The notes beneath the pieces are model-generated. The model had not been told where the DNA came from, made no database searches, and saw only the letters and a list, made by a program, of their open reading frames with translations. DNA of 64,000 bases. Source: an uncultured Caulobacter sp. (GTDB lineage Bacteria; Pseudomonadota; Alphaproteobacteria; Caulobacterales; Caulobacteraceae). Location of the stretch: NCBI GenBank assembly GCA_964442795.1, contig CAYTZY010000001.1:98821-162820 (forward strand), written 5' to 3'. Of this stretch, positions 1 through 8,749 are shown in pieces. The number at the start of each line of letters is the position of its first letter. Positions within the stretch are counted from its first letter, which is position 1. The position numbers and the translations under genes were made by a program.

Positions 1-913
1 CCGGCAGATCGACGCCGGAGAACCGCCGGGTCGCCGCCAGCGTCTGGTCCCCGATATGTTGCACCGAACCCTTGTCGAGGTTGGCCAGGGTCGCGGTGGC
101 GGCATGATAGTCGAACTGCCGGCCGATGAAGGCGAAGTTCAGGCCCGACAGGCCGGCCGCCTTGGACACCGAGAAGTCGGTGTCGTTGGGCATGTTCTCG
201 TACAGGAACACGGCCAGCGAGTTGCTGATCGGCGCGCTGGCGGACTTCGTGAAGGCGGCGACGATGGCGCCGTTGTCGGGGCCGGTCTGGAACATGTTGG
301 CCCGGCCGCCGTTGCCGCGGGCCTCCAGGTTGATCATCAGGCCGATCCGCTTGCGCAGCGGGTGCTCGGCGAAGAAGGCGCGGGCCCCGAGCAGTCCGGC
401 TTCCTCGCCATCGGTGATCAGCACGACGATGTCGCGCTCGGGGCCGCCGCCGGCCCTCATGGCGCGGACAGTCTCCAGCACGGCCGCCACACCGGTGGCG
501 TCGTCGGCCGCGCCGGGCGAGCCCGGGACGCTGTCGTAGTGGGCCATCAGGGCGAGGGCGGGGAGGGCGCGGTCGCGACCGGGCAGGATCCCGATCAGGT
601 TCTCGACCTGGCCGCCGATGACATAGGTGTCGCCGCCGAACGAGCGGGTCTCCGCCGCCTCGCTCGTCTGGACGGTCGGCGACAGGCCGAGCTGCGTCAT
701 GCGGCCCAGAACGTAGTCGCGGACCCGCGCGTGGTCGACGGACCCGACCGGGTGCGGCGCCTTTGAAATCTCGCCGATGTCCGCCAGCGCCCGGTCGGTG
801 GAGAAGGCGGTCGCCGCCGCGTCCGCCCCGGCCGGCGCGGGCGTCCGGGTTCCCGCCCAGGCGAGGAGGAGGGCGCCGAGCAGCGCCGCGCCGAGCGCAA
901 TCTGCCGAGTCAT
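1..913 (-). CDS. M28 family metallopeptidase, ERMP1-like; 3' end runs off the window
   Basis: Not in the ORF track. Manual translation from the ATG at 913 gives MTRQIALGAALLGALLLAW... with the M28 motifs AHYDS, GAADD, DGEE, NLEARG and NDTDF. Confidence 0.85.
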   Translation of the reverse strand, partial: MTRQIALGAALLGALLLAWAGTRTPAPAGADAAATAFSTDRALADIGEISKAPHPVGSVDHARVRDYVLGRMTQLGLSPTVQTSEAAETRSFGGDTYVIGGQVENLIGILPGRDRALPALALMAHYDSVPGSPGAADDATGVAAVLETVRAMRAGGGPERDIVVLITDGEEAGLLGARAFFAEHPLRKRIGLMINLEARGNGGRANMFQTGPDNGAIVAAFTKSASAPISNSLAVFLYENMPNDTDFSVSKAAGLSGLNFAFIGRQFDYHAATATLANLDKGSVQHIGDQTLAATRRFSGVDLP

Positions 914-1059
914 GTCGCGTGTCCCCGTGGTCCGGGGAGGATGCATGCCGTTGATCGCAGGGCAACGGGAACCGGAATCGACGATCAAGGTTCTTTGTCG
1001 CAGGGTGACAATGGGCGATGGTGCCGCCGCAAGCGGTATCGCTACTGGGAAGCACGACC

Positions 1060-1992
1060 ATGAAGAAGATGATCTGGGCGGCGTTGGCCGCGGTGGGCGC
1101 CGCGCTCGCCCTGGGTGGAGCGGTCGCCTGGGCGCAATCCCTGCCTCTTCCGCCGGGCGCCTGGCGCGCGACCTGCGGCGAAGCCCGCGCCTACGTCCAG
1201 GGCGGCGGCAAGGTGCTGTCGGCGCGATGCACGCGGCGCGGGGGCGGCACGGTCGCCTCCACCCTGCGGTACGACACCTGCCGCGGCCAGATCATCAACG
1301 ACAACGGCCGCCTGGCCTGCTCCGGCGGCGGCGGCGGCGGGGGTGGTGGAAGCGGTCCGGCGATCCCGCGCGGCAGCTACCGCGACAGCTGCAACGGCGT
1401 CTACATGAGCGGCTGGAACCTGAACGCCTCCTGCCGCGACAGCAGCGGTCGCTGGAACCGCACCTCGCTCGACATCCGCACCTGTGGCGACCGCGACATC
1501 GCCAACCTCAACGGGCGGCTCAGCTGCACGGGCGGGATCGGCGGCGGCGGCCAGCTTCCCGCCGGCAGCTACCGCAGCAGCTGCAACAGCGCCTACATGA
1601 CCGGCTGGACCCTCAACGCGACCTGCCGGGACAACCGCGGCCGCTATGTCCGGACCACCCTCGACATCCGGCCCTGCGACCGGCGCGACATCGCCAACGT
1701 GGACGGCCGGCTGGTCTGCAACGCGGGCGGCGGCGCCGGCGGCGCCAGCCGGATCACCCTCTGCACCCAGCCCGACTTCGGCGGCCGCTGCGAGACGATC
1801 GACCGCGCCGCCGCGAGCCTGGGCCGCTGGGAGATCGCCGACCGGGCCCGCTCGGCGCGGGTGCGCGGCCGCTGGCAGGTCTGCAGCGAGCCCGACTTCC
1901 GGGGCCAGTGCAGGACCCTGGACCGCGATGTGCGCAATCTGGAGCGCACGGGCCTCGGTCGCCGGATCTCCTCGGTGCGGCCGGTCCGCTGA
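1060..1992 (+). CDS. Secreted protein with three CVNH-like (cyanovirin) repeats and a C-terminal beta/gamma-crystallin domain
   Basis: Signal peptide MKKMIWAALAA...AWA; three repeats of the form GSY..SC...L.A.C.D..G.....TLD...C...DIAN..GRL.C joined by Gly linkers; crystallin-like ITLCTQPDFGGRC...WQVCSEPDFRGQC...ISSVRPV. Confidence 0.8.
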   Translation: MKKMIWAALAAVGAALALGGAVAWAQSLPLPPGAWRATCGEARAYVQGGGKVLSARCTRRGGGTVASTLRYDTCRGQIINDNGRLACSGGGGGGGGGSGPAIPRGSYRDSCNGVYMSGWNLNASCRDSSGRWNRTSLDIRTCGDRDIANLNGRLSCTGGIGGGGQLPAGSYRSSCNSAYMTGWTLNATCRDNRGRYVRTTLDIRPCDRRDIANVDGRLVCNAGGGAGGASRITLCTQPDFGGRCETIDRAAASLGRWEIADRARSARVRGRWQVCSEPDFRGQCRTLDRDVRNLERTGLGRRISSVRPVR

Positions 1993-2014
1993 TCCTGGGG
2001 ACGGGTCAATGAAA

Positions 2015-2043
2015 AACCCCCGCCGGCGGGGCCGGCGGGGGTT
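2015..2043. terminator. Bidirectional intrinsic terminator between convergent genes
   Basis: Perfect hairpin AACCCCCGCCGGC-GGG-GCCGGCGGGGGTT with an A-run on the left and a T-rich tail on the right. Confidence 0.75.
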
Positions 2044-2076
2044 CTGTTCTGTCCGGAGGAGGGCTCCGGCCTGTCG

Positions 2077-2772
2077 TCAGGCCGCGCTGACGGCTTCCTG
2101 CGGGTCGCGCAGGACATAGCCGCGGCCCCAGACGGTCTCGATGTAGTGGTTGCCGCCCGAGGCGGTGGCCAGCTTCTTGCGCAGCTTGCAGATGAAGACG
2201 TCGATGATCTTCAGCTCGGGCTCGTCCATGCCGCCGTAGAGGTGGTTGAGGAACATTTCCTTGGTCAGGGTCGTACCCTTGCGGAGCGAGAGGAGCTCCA
2301 GCATCTGGTACTCCTTGCCGGTCAGGTGGACCCGCATGCCGTTCACCTCGACCGTCTTGGCGTCGAGATTCACGCCGATCTCGCCGGTCTGGATCACCGC
2401 CTGGGCGTGGCCCTTGGAGCGGCGCACCACGGCGTGGATGCGGGCGACCATCTCGTCCTTGTGGAACGGCTTGGTCATGTAGTCGTCGGCGCCGCCGCCC
2501 AGGGTCTTGACCTTGGTGTCGATTTCCGATGACCCGGACAGGATCATGATCGGCGTGTTGATCTTGCCGTTGCGCAGCGTGCGCAGCACGTCCATGCCGC
2601 TCATGTCCGGCAGGTTCAGGTCCAGCAGGATGAGGTCGTAGTCATAGATCTTGCCCAGATCCACGCCTTCCTCGCCGAGGTCCGTCGTATAGACGTTGAA
2701 CCCCTCCGATTTAAGCATCAGCTCGATGGTCTGAGCCGTGGCGCTGTCATCTTCAATCAACAGTACGCGCAT
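2077..2772 (-). CDS. ctrA: Cell-cycle master response regulator CtrA
   Basis: [46 protein letters not shown]...[19 protein letters not shown]...ETVWGRGY; ends in the Ala-Ala ClpXP degron. Confidence 0.98.
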   Translation of the reverse strand: MRVLLIEDDSATAQTIELMLKSEGFNVYTTDLGEEGVDLGKIYDYDLILLDLNLPDMSGMDVLRTLRNGKINTPIMILSGSSEIDTKVKTLGGGADDYMTKPFHKDEMVARIHAVVRRSKGHAQAVIQTGEIGVNLDAKTVEVNGMRVHLTGKEYQMLELLSLRKGTTLTKEMFLNHLYGGMDEPELKIIDVFICKLRKKLATASGGNHYIETVWGRGYVLRDPQEAVSAA

Positions 2773-2819
2773 TGATCCCCTCCCCGCGGCCCTCCCGCGG
2801 TAACGTTTCAGGCAGGGCG

Positions 2820-3012
2820 GAATCCGCCCCCGGAGCTCAATTCCGACATTGGAATTAAGCTGCTTTAAGACTGGTTAATGGTGAACGGCCCTTCGAAAAG
2901 AATCGTTAAGCCGATTTGCGAATCGGCGGCAACCCGCCTTCTCGCGGCGGCGAGTCGCGGGGCGGATGACTCTTTCGTGATCGCTGAATCCCCAGTGAAT
3001 CCCGTGGGATTC
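2820..3012 (-). promoter_or_regulatory. ctrA promoter region with CtrA half-sites and CcrM GANTC sites
   Basis: TTAA at 2855, 2865, 2875 and 2906; minus strand reads CCATTAACCAGTCTTAAA, like the Caulobacter ctrA autoregulatory site as I recall it. GANTC at 2820, 2900, 2920, 2952, 2968, 2986, 2997 and 3008. Confidence 0.8.
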
Positions 3013-3168
3013 GCAAACCCGTTCAGGCGTTGGCGCAGCAGGGATCGGCGGCATCCCGCCGCGACCGCGCGACGCCTTTCCGGAGAACGCGGGTTTCGAA
3101 AAAACTTTGCGATACGGTAACGAAGGCGACCTGCGACGGTTTGTCCGGGGGGCGACGGCGGCGTCGGC

Positions 3169-4344
3169 TCAGACCGCCCGAACCGCCCGGTCGATGAACC
3201 CGCCGCCCAGCACCCGGCTCGGCGCTTCCGGCGCGTAGAGCACGCAGGCCTGGCCGGGGGCGACGCCTTCTTCCAGTGTGTCCAGCGCCACGCCGACCGC
3301 GCCGTCGATCAGGGTCAGGCGGCCGGGAACCGGTTCACGCGTCGAGCGGACGCGGGCCAGCACGGCGCGGCCGTTAGCGGCGGCGTCGGTGATCGTGGCC
3401 TCATCGCCCAGCCAGTTGTCTTCCTTCAGCGTCAGGGCGCGGGTCAGCAGCGCCTCGCGCGGGCCGACGATCACATGGCGCCGGTCGGCGTCGATGCGGG
3501 TGACGAACAGCGGCTCGCCCGTGCCGCCGCCGACGTTGAGACCCTTGCGCTGGCCGATCGTGTAGCGGGTGACGCCCTCGTGGCGGCCCAGCACCCGGCC
3601 GTCCATGTGCACGATGTCGCCGGCCACGGCGCCCTGCGGGCGCAGCCGGTCGATAACCGTGTGGTACTTGCCCTCGGGCACGAAGCAGATGTCCTGGCTG
3701 TCGGGCTTGTCGGCCACCGACAGGCCGATGTCGGCCGCTACGCCGCGCACCGCCGGCTTGGGCAGGCCGCCGAGCGGGAAGCGCAGGTAGTCGAGCTGCT
3801 CGCGCGTGGTGGCGAACAGGAAGTAGCTCTGGTCCCGGTTGGCGTCGGCGGCGCGATGCAGCTGCGGCCCGGCGGCCGTATCCTCGCGGCGCACGTAGTG
3901 GCCGGTGGCCATGGCGACGGCGCCCAGGTCGCGGGCGACGTCCAGCAGGTCGCGGAACTTGACGGTCTGGTTGCAGCGCACGCAGGGGATCGGCGTCTCG
4001 CCGCGCAGATAGGCGTCGGCGAACTCCTCGATGACCTGCTGCTTGAAGCGGCTTTCGTAGTCGAGGACGTAGTGCGGGATGCCGATGGCGTCGGCCGCCT
4101 GCCGGGCGTCGAGGATGTCCTGGCCCGCGCAGCAGGCGCCCTTCTTCTGGATCGCCGCGCCGTGATCGTAGAGCTGCAGCGTCACGCCGACCACGTCGTA
4201 GCCGGCCTTGGCCAGCAGGGCGGCCGTCACGGTGGAGTCCACGCCGCCCGACATGGCTGCGACCACGCGCGAGCCGGTCGGCAGACCGACGGCGGCGCGC
4301 ACGACGTCGTCGGCGATGTCCAGGGTGGAGGGCAGGGCGCTCAT
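3169..4344 (-). CDS. mnmA: tRNA 2-thiouridine(34) synthase MnmA
   Basis: [45 protein letters not shown] and PGQACV motifs. Start placed at MSALPSTLD, probably leaderless. Confidence 0.96.
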   Translation of the reverse strand: MSALPSTLDIADDVVRAAVGLPTGSRVVAAMSGGVDSTVTAALLAKAGYDVVGVTLQLYDHGAAIQKKGACCAGQDILDARQAADAIGIPHYVLDYESRFKQQVIEEFADAYLRGETPIPCVRCNQTVKFRDLLDVARDLGAVAMATGHYVRREDTAAGPQLHRAADANRDQSYFLFATTREQLDYLRFPLGGLPKPAVRGVAADIGLSVADKPDSQDICFVPEGKYHTVIDRLRPQGAVAGDIVHMDGRVLGRHEGVTRYTIGQRKGLNVGGGTGEPLFVTRIDADRRHVIVGPREALLTRALTLKEDNWLGDEATITDAAANGRAVLARVRSTREPVPGRLTLIDGAVGVALDTLEEGVAPGQACVLYAPEAPSRVLGGGFIDRAVRAV

Positions 4345-4384
4345 GCGGCGCGATATAGAGCGTCGAGGCGGAAATTGCGACCGC
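4302..4384. repeat. Direct repeat copy 1: mnmA promoter plus first ~14 codons
   Basis: 83 bp, nearly identical to 6405-6486 (two substitutions and a 1-bp indel). Confidence 0.95.
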
Positions 4385-4503
4385 CGCGGCGCTGGGTAGA
4401 CGGGTGAGCGCCTCTTCGGGCAGGCGCAACTCCCCAGCTGCGTTCGGATTGCTACGTTCTCCGAACTCGTTAGTATCGCAGTCGGGGTTGGGTGGGGGCG
4501 TCC

Positions 4504-6153
4504 ATGAAGTTCTGTTCGCAGTGCGGGTCTAAGCGCGCCGATGGCGCGGTGTTTTGCGAAAGCTGTGGTCACCCGTTCGGTGAAGGCGCAACCGAGGTCG
4601 CGGCGGCTCCGGTGGAAGGGCCCGAATCCGTTTCCGGACCTGAGACCAACGCAGCGGCCGAAGAGGCGCCTCACGCCCAGGAAGAGTCGATGTTCACCGC
4701 CGCTCCGTTCGAGCGGGCGGCGCGGCCGAAGAAGGGCGCGGACCGTCGCCTTCTGATCGGCGGGGCAGCGGCGCTTGTCGTGGTTATCGCCGGTTTCGGC
4801 GTCTGGAAGACCGGCCTGCTGGGTAGCGGCAGCGGCGGCGGCGGCGACGACGATAGCGCCATGGCAGTCTATGAGTGGGACCTGATCCCCGCCGCCTATG
4901 GTGGAAAGTGCGGGTACGTCGATGGCAAGGGTAAGATCGTCATCAATCCCCAGTTCGACGACGGGTTGCCGTTTGTCCGGTCGACTGGCCAGGCGCCGGT
5001 GGCGTTCGGCGGAAAGTGGGGATTGATCGACGCGAAGGGTGCGTACGTCGTCAATCCGCAGTTCGAGAGGTTGGAGCTTTCGGCGGACAGCAAGACCTAC
5101 CGGGTTCGCCTGGGCGGCAAGTGGGGTGTTATCGACGCCAAGGGCGAGTTCGTGATCAATCCGCAATACGAGGGCTTGAGCGACTTCGACGAGCGCGGCC
5201 GCGCAGTCGTCGCCCTCGGCGGCAAGTGGGGGATCATCAATCGGAAGGGTGATTTTGTCGTCCCACCCCAGTTCGACCTGATCCAGGCTGCACCGACAGC
5301 GGATGGCTTTGCGATCTTCTCAGAGGGGATGGCCGTTGCGCGCTCCGGCGGCAAGTACGGCTACATCGACGAGTCCGGCGCCTGGAAGATCAATCCCCAG
5401 TTCTCCGAAGCAAACGGCTTCGGGGAAGAGGGATTGGCCTCGGTCACGGCGGTGACTTTCGAGGAGCAGGTGGATGAGAATGCCAAGGCGAGAAACGAGG
5501 CGCGTGCAACGGCCGCCGCGCAGTACGACGCCTATATCGCCCGGAACCAGTTCTATTTCCGACCGTCGCCTCCTCCGGGCTATGGCATGCCGCCGGAACC
5601 GACGATGGTGAAGGTCGAGAAGCGGCAGGACGGTTACATCGACAAGACCGGCGCCATTGTCATCAAGCCGCAGTTCGACACCGCGGGCTACTTCCGGCAC
5701 GGACTTGCGCCGGTCCGAATGCAATCCGTCTGGGGGTTCATCGATCCAAAAGGGGCCTTCAAGATCAATCCCCAGTTCAGCAGACCGGGAATCTTTACCG
5801 ATACGCCCGAAGGGCCGATGGCCGTAGTCGGCGTTCCGCGCGAGGGCGACACCGATGCCGTCGGCCTCATCGACACCAAGGGTGTCTACAAGATCAGGCC
5901 GCAGTTCGACTATATGACCATTATCGAGCGGCTGGGCCGGGGCATTGTGCGGTCGGACGCGAAGTACGGGCTGGTCGATCTGACCGGCCGGTTCCTGGCC
6001 CCGCCGATCTATGATCAACTCACCTACCTTGGCAACGGCCGCTTCCTTTACCGCCAGGCCGCCGGCGCGACCGCGGCAGGGCCTGAGTTCGGGTTCATGA
6101 GCAAGGATGGCAAGGTGCTTACCACCCTGCGTGCGGAGGAGTGCGGGAGGTAG
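4504..6153 (+). CDS. Zinc-ribbon / single-TM / WG (KWG) repeat protein
   Basis: N-terminal CSQC...CESC; TM segment [19 protein letters not shown]; about 9-10 repeats of (K)WG.ID.KG..VINPQF. Confidence 0.88.
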   Translation: MKFCSQCGSKRADGAVFCESCGHPFGEGATEVAAAPVEGPESVSGPETNAAAEEAPHAQEESMFTAAPFERAARPKKGADRRLLIGGAAALVVVIAGFGVWKTGLLGSGSGGGGDDDSAMAVYEWDLIPAAYGGKCGYVDGKGKIVINPQFDDGLPFVRSTGQAPVAFGGKWGLIDAKGAYVVNPQFERLELSADSKTYRVRLGGKWGVIDAKGEFVINPQYEGLSDFDERGRAVVALGGKWGIINRKGDFVVPPQFDLIQAAPTADGFAIFSEGMAVARSGGKYGYIDESGAWKINPQFSEANGFGEEGLASVTAVTFEEQVDENAKARNEARATAAAQYDAYIARNQFYFRPSPPPGYGMPPEPTMVKVEKRQDGYIDKTGAIVIKPQFDTAGYFRHGLAPVRMQSVWGFIDPKGAFKINPQFSRPGIFTDTPEGPMAVVGVPREGDTDAVGLIDTKGVYKIRPQFDYMTIIERLGRGIVRSDAKYGLVDLTGRFLAPPIYDQLTYLGNGRFLYRQAAGATAAGPEFGFMSKDGKVLTTLRAEECGR

Positions 6154-6165
6154 GCGTCGCGCTTT

Positions 6166-6447
6166 TCAGGCCGCAGGCCTGCCGAGCACCAGCGGGTCGT
6201 CCTCCACCTTCAGCGCATCGGTCCTGTACTTGCCGGCCGCGAGCCGCTCGTCGAGGCGTTCGAAGCCCTCTTCGATCTCCATCTCGCTCATGGGTTCGAA
6301 CAGCGAGACCGCCCGCATCGACAGCTTTCCCGCCGCCTCGGCCCTGTTGGCGGCGTAGACCTCAGTGACCGGCTCGACCGTCAACAGTTGAAGGCCGGCC
6401 GCCGCGACGTCGTCGGCGATGTCCAGGGTGGAGGGCGGGGCGCTCAT
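6166..6447 (-). pseudogene. Chimeric ORF: MnmA N-terminus fused in frame to the C-terminal remnant of a SAM methyltransferase paralog
   Basis: [14 protein letters not shown] matches the MnmA start [14 protein letters not shown]. The remainder (AAGLQLLTVE...KLSMRAVSLFEPMSEMEIEEGFERLD...LVLG) aligns by eye to the C-terminus of 6999-7763. Confidence 0.85.
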
Positions 6448-6486
6448 GGGCGCGATATGGAGCGTCGAGGCGGAAATTGCGACCGC
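6405..6486. repeat. Direct repeat copy 2: mnmA promoter plus first ~14 codons
   Basis: 82 bp matching 4302-4384. Confidence 0.95.
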
Positions 6487-6921
6487 TCAGGCCGCGGCCC
6501 GGTAGGCCACGCGGCGGATGGCCAGGAAGCTCGCCGCCCCGACGACGGCTGGTATCAGGAGGGTCAGGGCCGTCTCGAGCGGCGGCGGCGCGTTGCCGGC
6601 GAATGTGGGGCCCGCGAGCGGCAGCAGTCCGACCAGTCCGCCGATCACGGCTCCGCAGAGCAGGAAGGCGCCGGCTCCCGCCTTCGCCCGATGAAGCACG
6701 ACCCACGTCGGCGACACCAGGACGACCATGATCCCGAGGCTCAGGGGCAGGCCGATTATGGCCGCATAGATGAGCGCCTTGGCGACCTGGTCGAACGGCC
6801 CCTCGCCCGGGTGCGGGGCGATGACGCCGAACAGGATGCCGACGATGACCGCGATCGCCAGCGGCGGCAGCAGCCAGCCGGTCAGAAAGCCGCCCAGCAA
6901 GCGCGGAAAACTCGTCTTCAT
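6487..6921 (-). CDS. Hypothetical membrane protein, about 4 TM
   Basis: Four hydrophobic segments; ATG at 6921 preceded by GGGACAGAC. Confidence 0.7.
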   Translation of the reverse strand: MKTSFPRLLGGFLTGWLLPPLAIAVIVGILFGVIAPHPGEGPFDQVAKALIYAAIIGLPLSLGIMVVLVSPTWVVLHRAKAGAGAFLLCGAVIGGLVGLLPLAGPTFAGNAPPPLETALTLLIPAVVGAASFLAIRRVAYRAAA

Positions 6922-6998
6922 GTCTGTCCCCAGGATCGGATGCACACGACCACGCTACCGCGCGGATGCTGGAATGCCAGCCCTCCTTGCCGGGCGCC

Positions 6999-7763
6999 TC
7001 ATCCAAGAACCAGCAGATCGCCCTCGATCGGCCGCGCCTCGGTCCGGGTGTCGGCGGTCGCCAGCCAGGCGTCGAGGCGCGCGAATCCGCGCGCGATCTC
7101 GGCCTCGCTCATGTGCTCGAAGACCGAGGTCGCCCGCAGCTTCAGCTTTTCCGCCGCTTCGGCTTCGCTGCCCCCATAGGCCTCGGCCACCCGCTCCAGC
7201 GTGAGCAGTCGCAGACCGGCCGAGGCGAAGTCGGCGGTGACCTGGCCGAGCGTCGGGAACATCGCCATTTCGATGTCGCGGGCCCGGTCGAAGAACTGGT
7301 GCCACCAGATCTCGCCCATCCGGTCGCTGAGCGCGGTGCGGATCAGGACCCGGCCGCCGGGCTTCAGGACCCGCGCGATCTCACGGGCGGCGGCGATGCG
7401 GTCCGGCACATGGTGCAGCGACAGGAACATCAGCACCGCGTCGGCGGACTGGTCGGGCAGCGGAATCCCGGCCGCTTCGCCCTCGAGGTACTGCACCGCC
7501 GGATGGGTTGCGCTTGCCTCGGCGATGGCCCGCATGGCCGCGGCAGGCTCGACGCCGAACACCGGCCCGCCAAAGGTGTCCGCCAGCGCCGGGGTCAGCC
7601 GGCCGACGCCCGACCCGAGATCGATGATCGTCAGCGGTCGCGCCGCCGGCAGATGGGCCGCGAACCGCGCCATCCACCGCGCCAGTGTTTCCGGCGGCAT
7701 GCGCCGACCGTCGGCGTAGGTCTGGTGCTGAACCTGGTTGTAGTCGATCCGCCTTAGCGTCAT
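6999..7763 (-). CDS. Class I SAM-dependent methyltransferase
   Basis: IDLGSGVG motif I, LPDQSADAV, LHHV, RVLKPGG; RBS GGAGG upstream. Confidence 0.9.
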   Translation of the reverse strand: MTLRRIDYNQVQHQTYADGRRMPPETLARWMARFAAHLPAARPLTIIDLGSGVGRLTPALADTFGGPVFGVEPAAAMRAIAEASATHPAVQYLEGEAAGIPLPDQSADAVLMFLSLHHVPDRIAAAREIARVLKPGGRVLIRTALSDRMGEIWWHQFFDRARDIEMAMFPTLGQVTADFASAGLRLLTLERVAEAYGGSEAEAAEKLKLRATSVFEHMSEAEIARGFARLDAWLATADTRTEARPIEGDLLVLG

Positions 7764-7821
7764 CGCCGCCTCCCGCCGGGCGCCTTGATGACCGCAGCTT
7801 GCGGTCACAATGAGGTGGCGG

Positions 7822-8745
7822 CTACTTCAACAGCCCCAGAAGCGAGCTCTGCTGCAGCATGTTGAACACCTGCGCCGAGGCCTGCACCGCCACCTGGGCC
7901 TGTTCCAGCCGGGTGATCGCGGCCGGCATGTCGGCGTCGGTGATCGCGCCGACCATGCCTTCCAGCATGGCCTTGCGGTCTTCCTGGGCGGCGAGGGTCT
8001 TTTCGACGCGGTTCTGGATCAGACCGTTGCGGGCCGCGTAGTCGGTCACCGTCGAGCGGGCGGCGTCGAAGTCGTCGAGCATGCCCTGCAGGAAGGTCTC
8101 CTGGGCGGTGGTCAGCTTGCCGGTGAAGTCGCCGTTGGCCTCGACCCAGACCTGCATCTGGCGGAAGGCGTCGAAGGTGCTGGTCGCGACATCCGCGGCC
8201 AGGAATCCGGTCTCGATGGTGGTCGACTCGTCCAGCTGATTCACCGGCTTCAGGCCGTCGTTGTTGAACAGGTCGGCGACGGCCGGCGCGGCGGTCAGGT
8301 CGGTGATCTGGGTGGCGCTGGTGGCCGGGGTGTCGACCTGGCCGCCGGAGAACAGGTAGCGGCCGCCGAACTTGGCGTTCAGGGAATCGGTGGCGGCCGA
8401 GAACCAGGCCGAGACCTCGCCCATCAGGGCTTCGCCCCGGCCGGTGGCGAGGGCCTCGGCGATGGCCTGGCGAGCGCTCTGCACGGAGTCGGCGACCTGG
8501 GTCAGGGCCAGGTCCTGGGCTTCCAGCTTGGAGGTCAACATGTCGCCCTGGGCCAGGAACCCCTCCACCTTGTTGTGGATCGAGCGGGTGGCCAGCAGGG
8601 TCTCGGCCTGGCGGGCGTAGCCCTTGAGGTCGGTGGCGTTCTTCTGGCTGGAGACCTGGGTGTTGGCCTCGTGCTGCCGGACCTGGGCCTGCATCAGGTG
8701 GTTGAGGACGGAGCCGTAGCTGTTGGCGGTCGCGACACGGTTCAT
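7822..8745 (-). CDS. flgL: Flagellar hook-associated protein 3
   Basis: Flagellin-family termini (RVATANSY...; GRYLFSG; DADMPAAITRL...SLLGLL); lies directly downstream of flgK. Confidence 0.9.
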   Translation of the reverse strand: MNRVATANSYGSVLNHLMQAQVRQHEANTQVSSQKNATDLKGYARQAETLLATRSIHNKVEGFLAQGDMLTSKLEAQDLALTQVADSVQSARQAIAEALATGRGEALMGEVSAWFSAATDSLNAKFGGRYLFSGGQVDTPATSATQITDLTAAPAVADLFNNDGLKPVNQLDESTTIETGFLAADVATSTFDAFRQMQVWVEANGDFTGKLTTAQETFLQGMLDDFDAARSTVTDYAARNGLIQNRVEKTLAAQEDRKAMLEGMVGAITDADMPAAITRLEQAQVAVQASAQVFNMLQQSSLLGLLK

Positions 8746-8749
8746 GGCG

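Noticed and set aside
4345-5166. 273-aa N-terminal extension of the MnmA ORF
   Set aside because: It overlaps the WG gene in antisense; the MnmA start and promoter are defined by the duplicated segment at 4344.
4302-6486. Prophage, ICE or IS at mnmA
   Set aside because: No integrase, transposase or terminal inverted repeats inside the interval.
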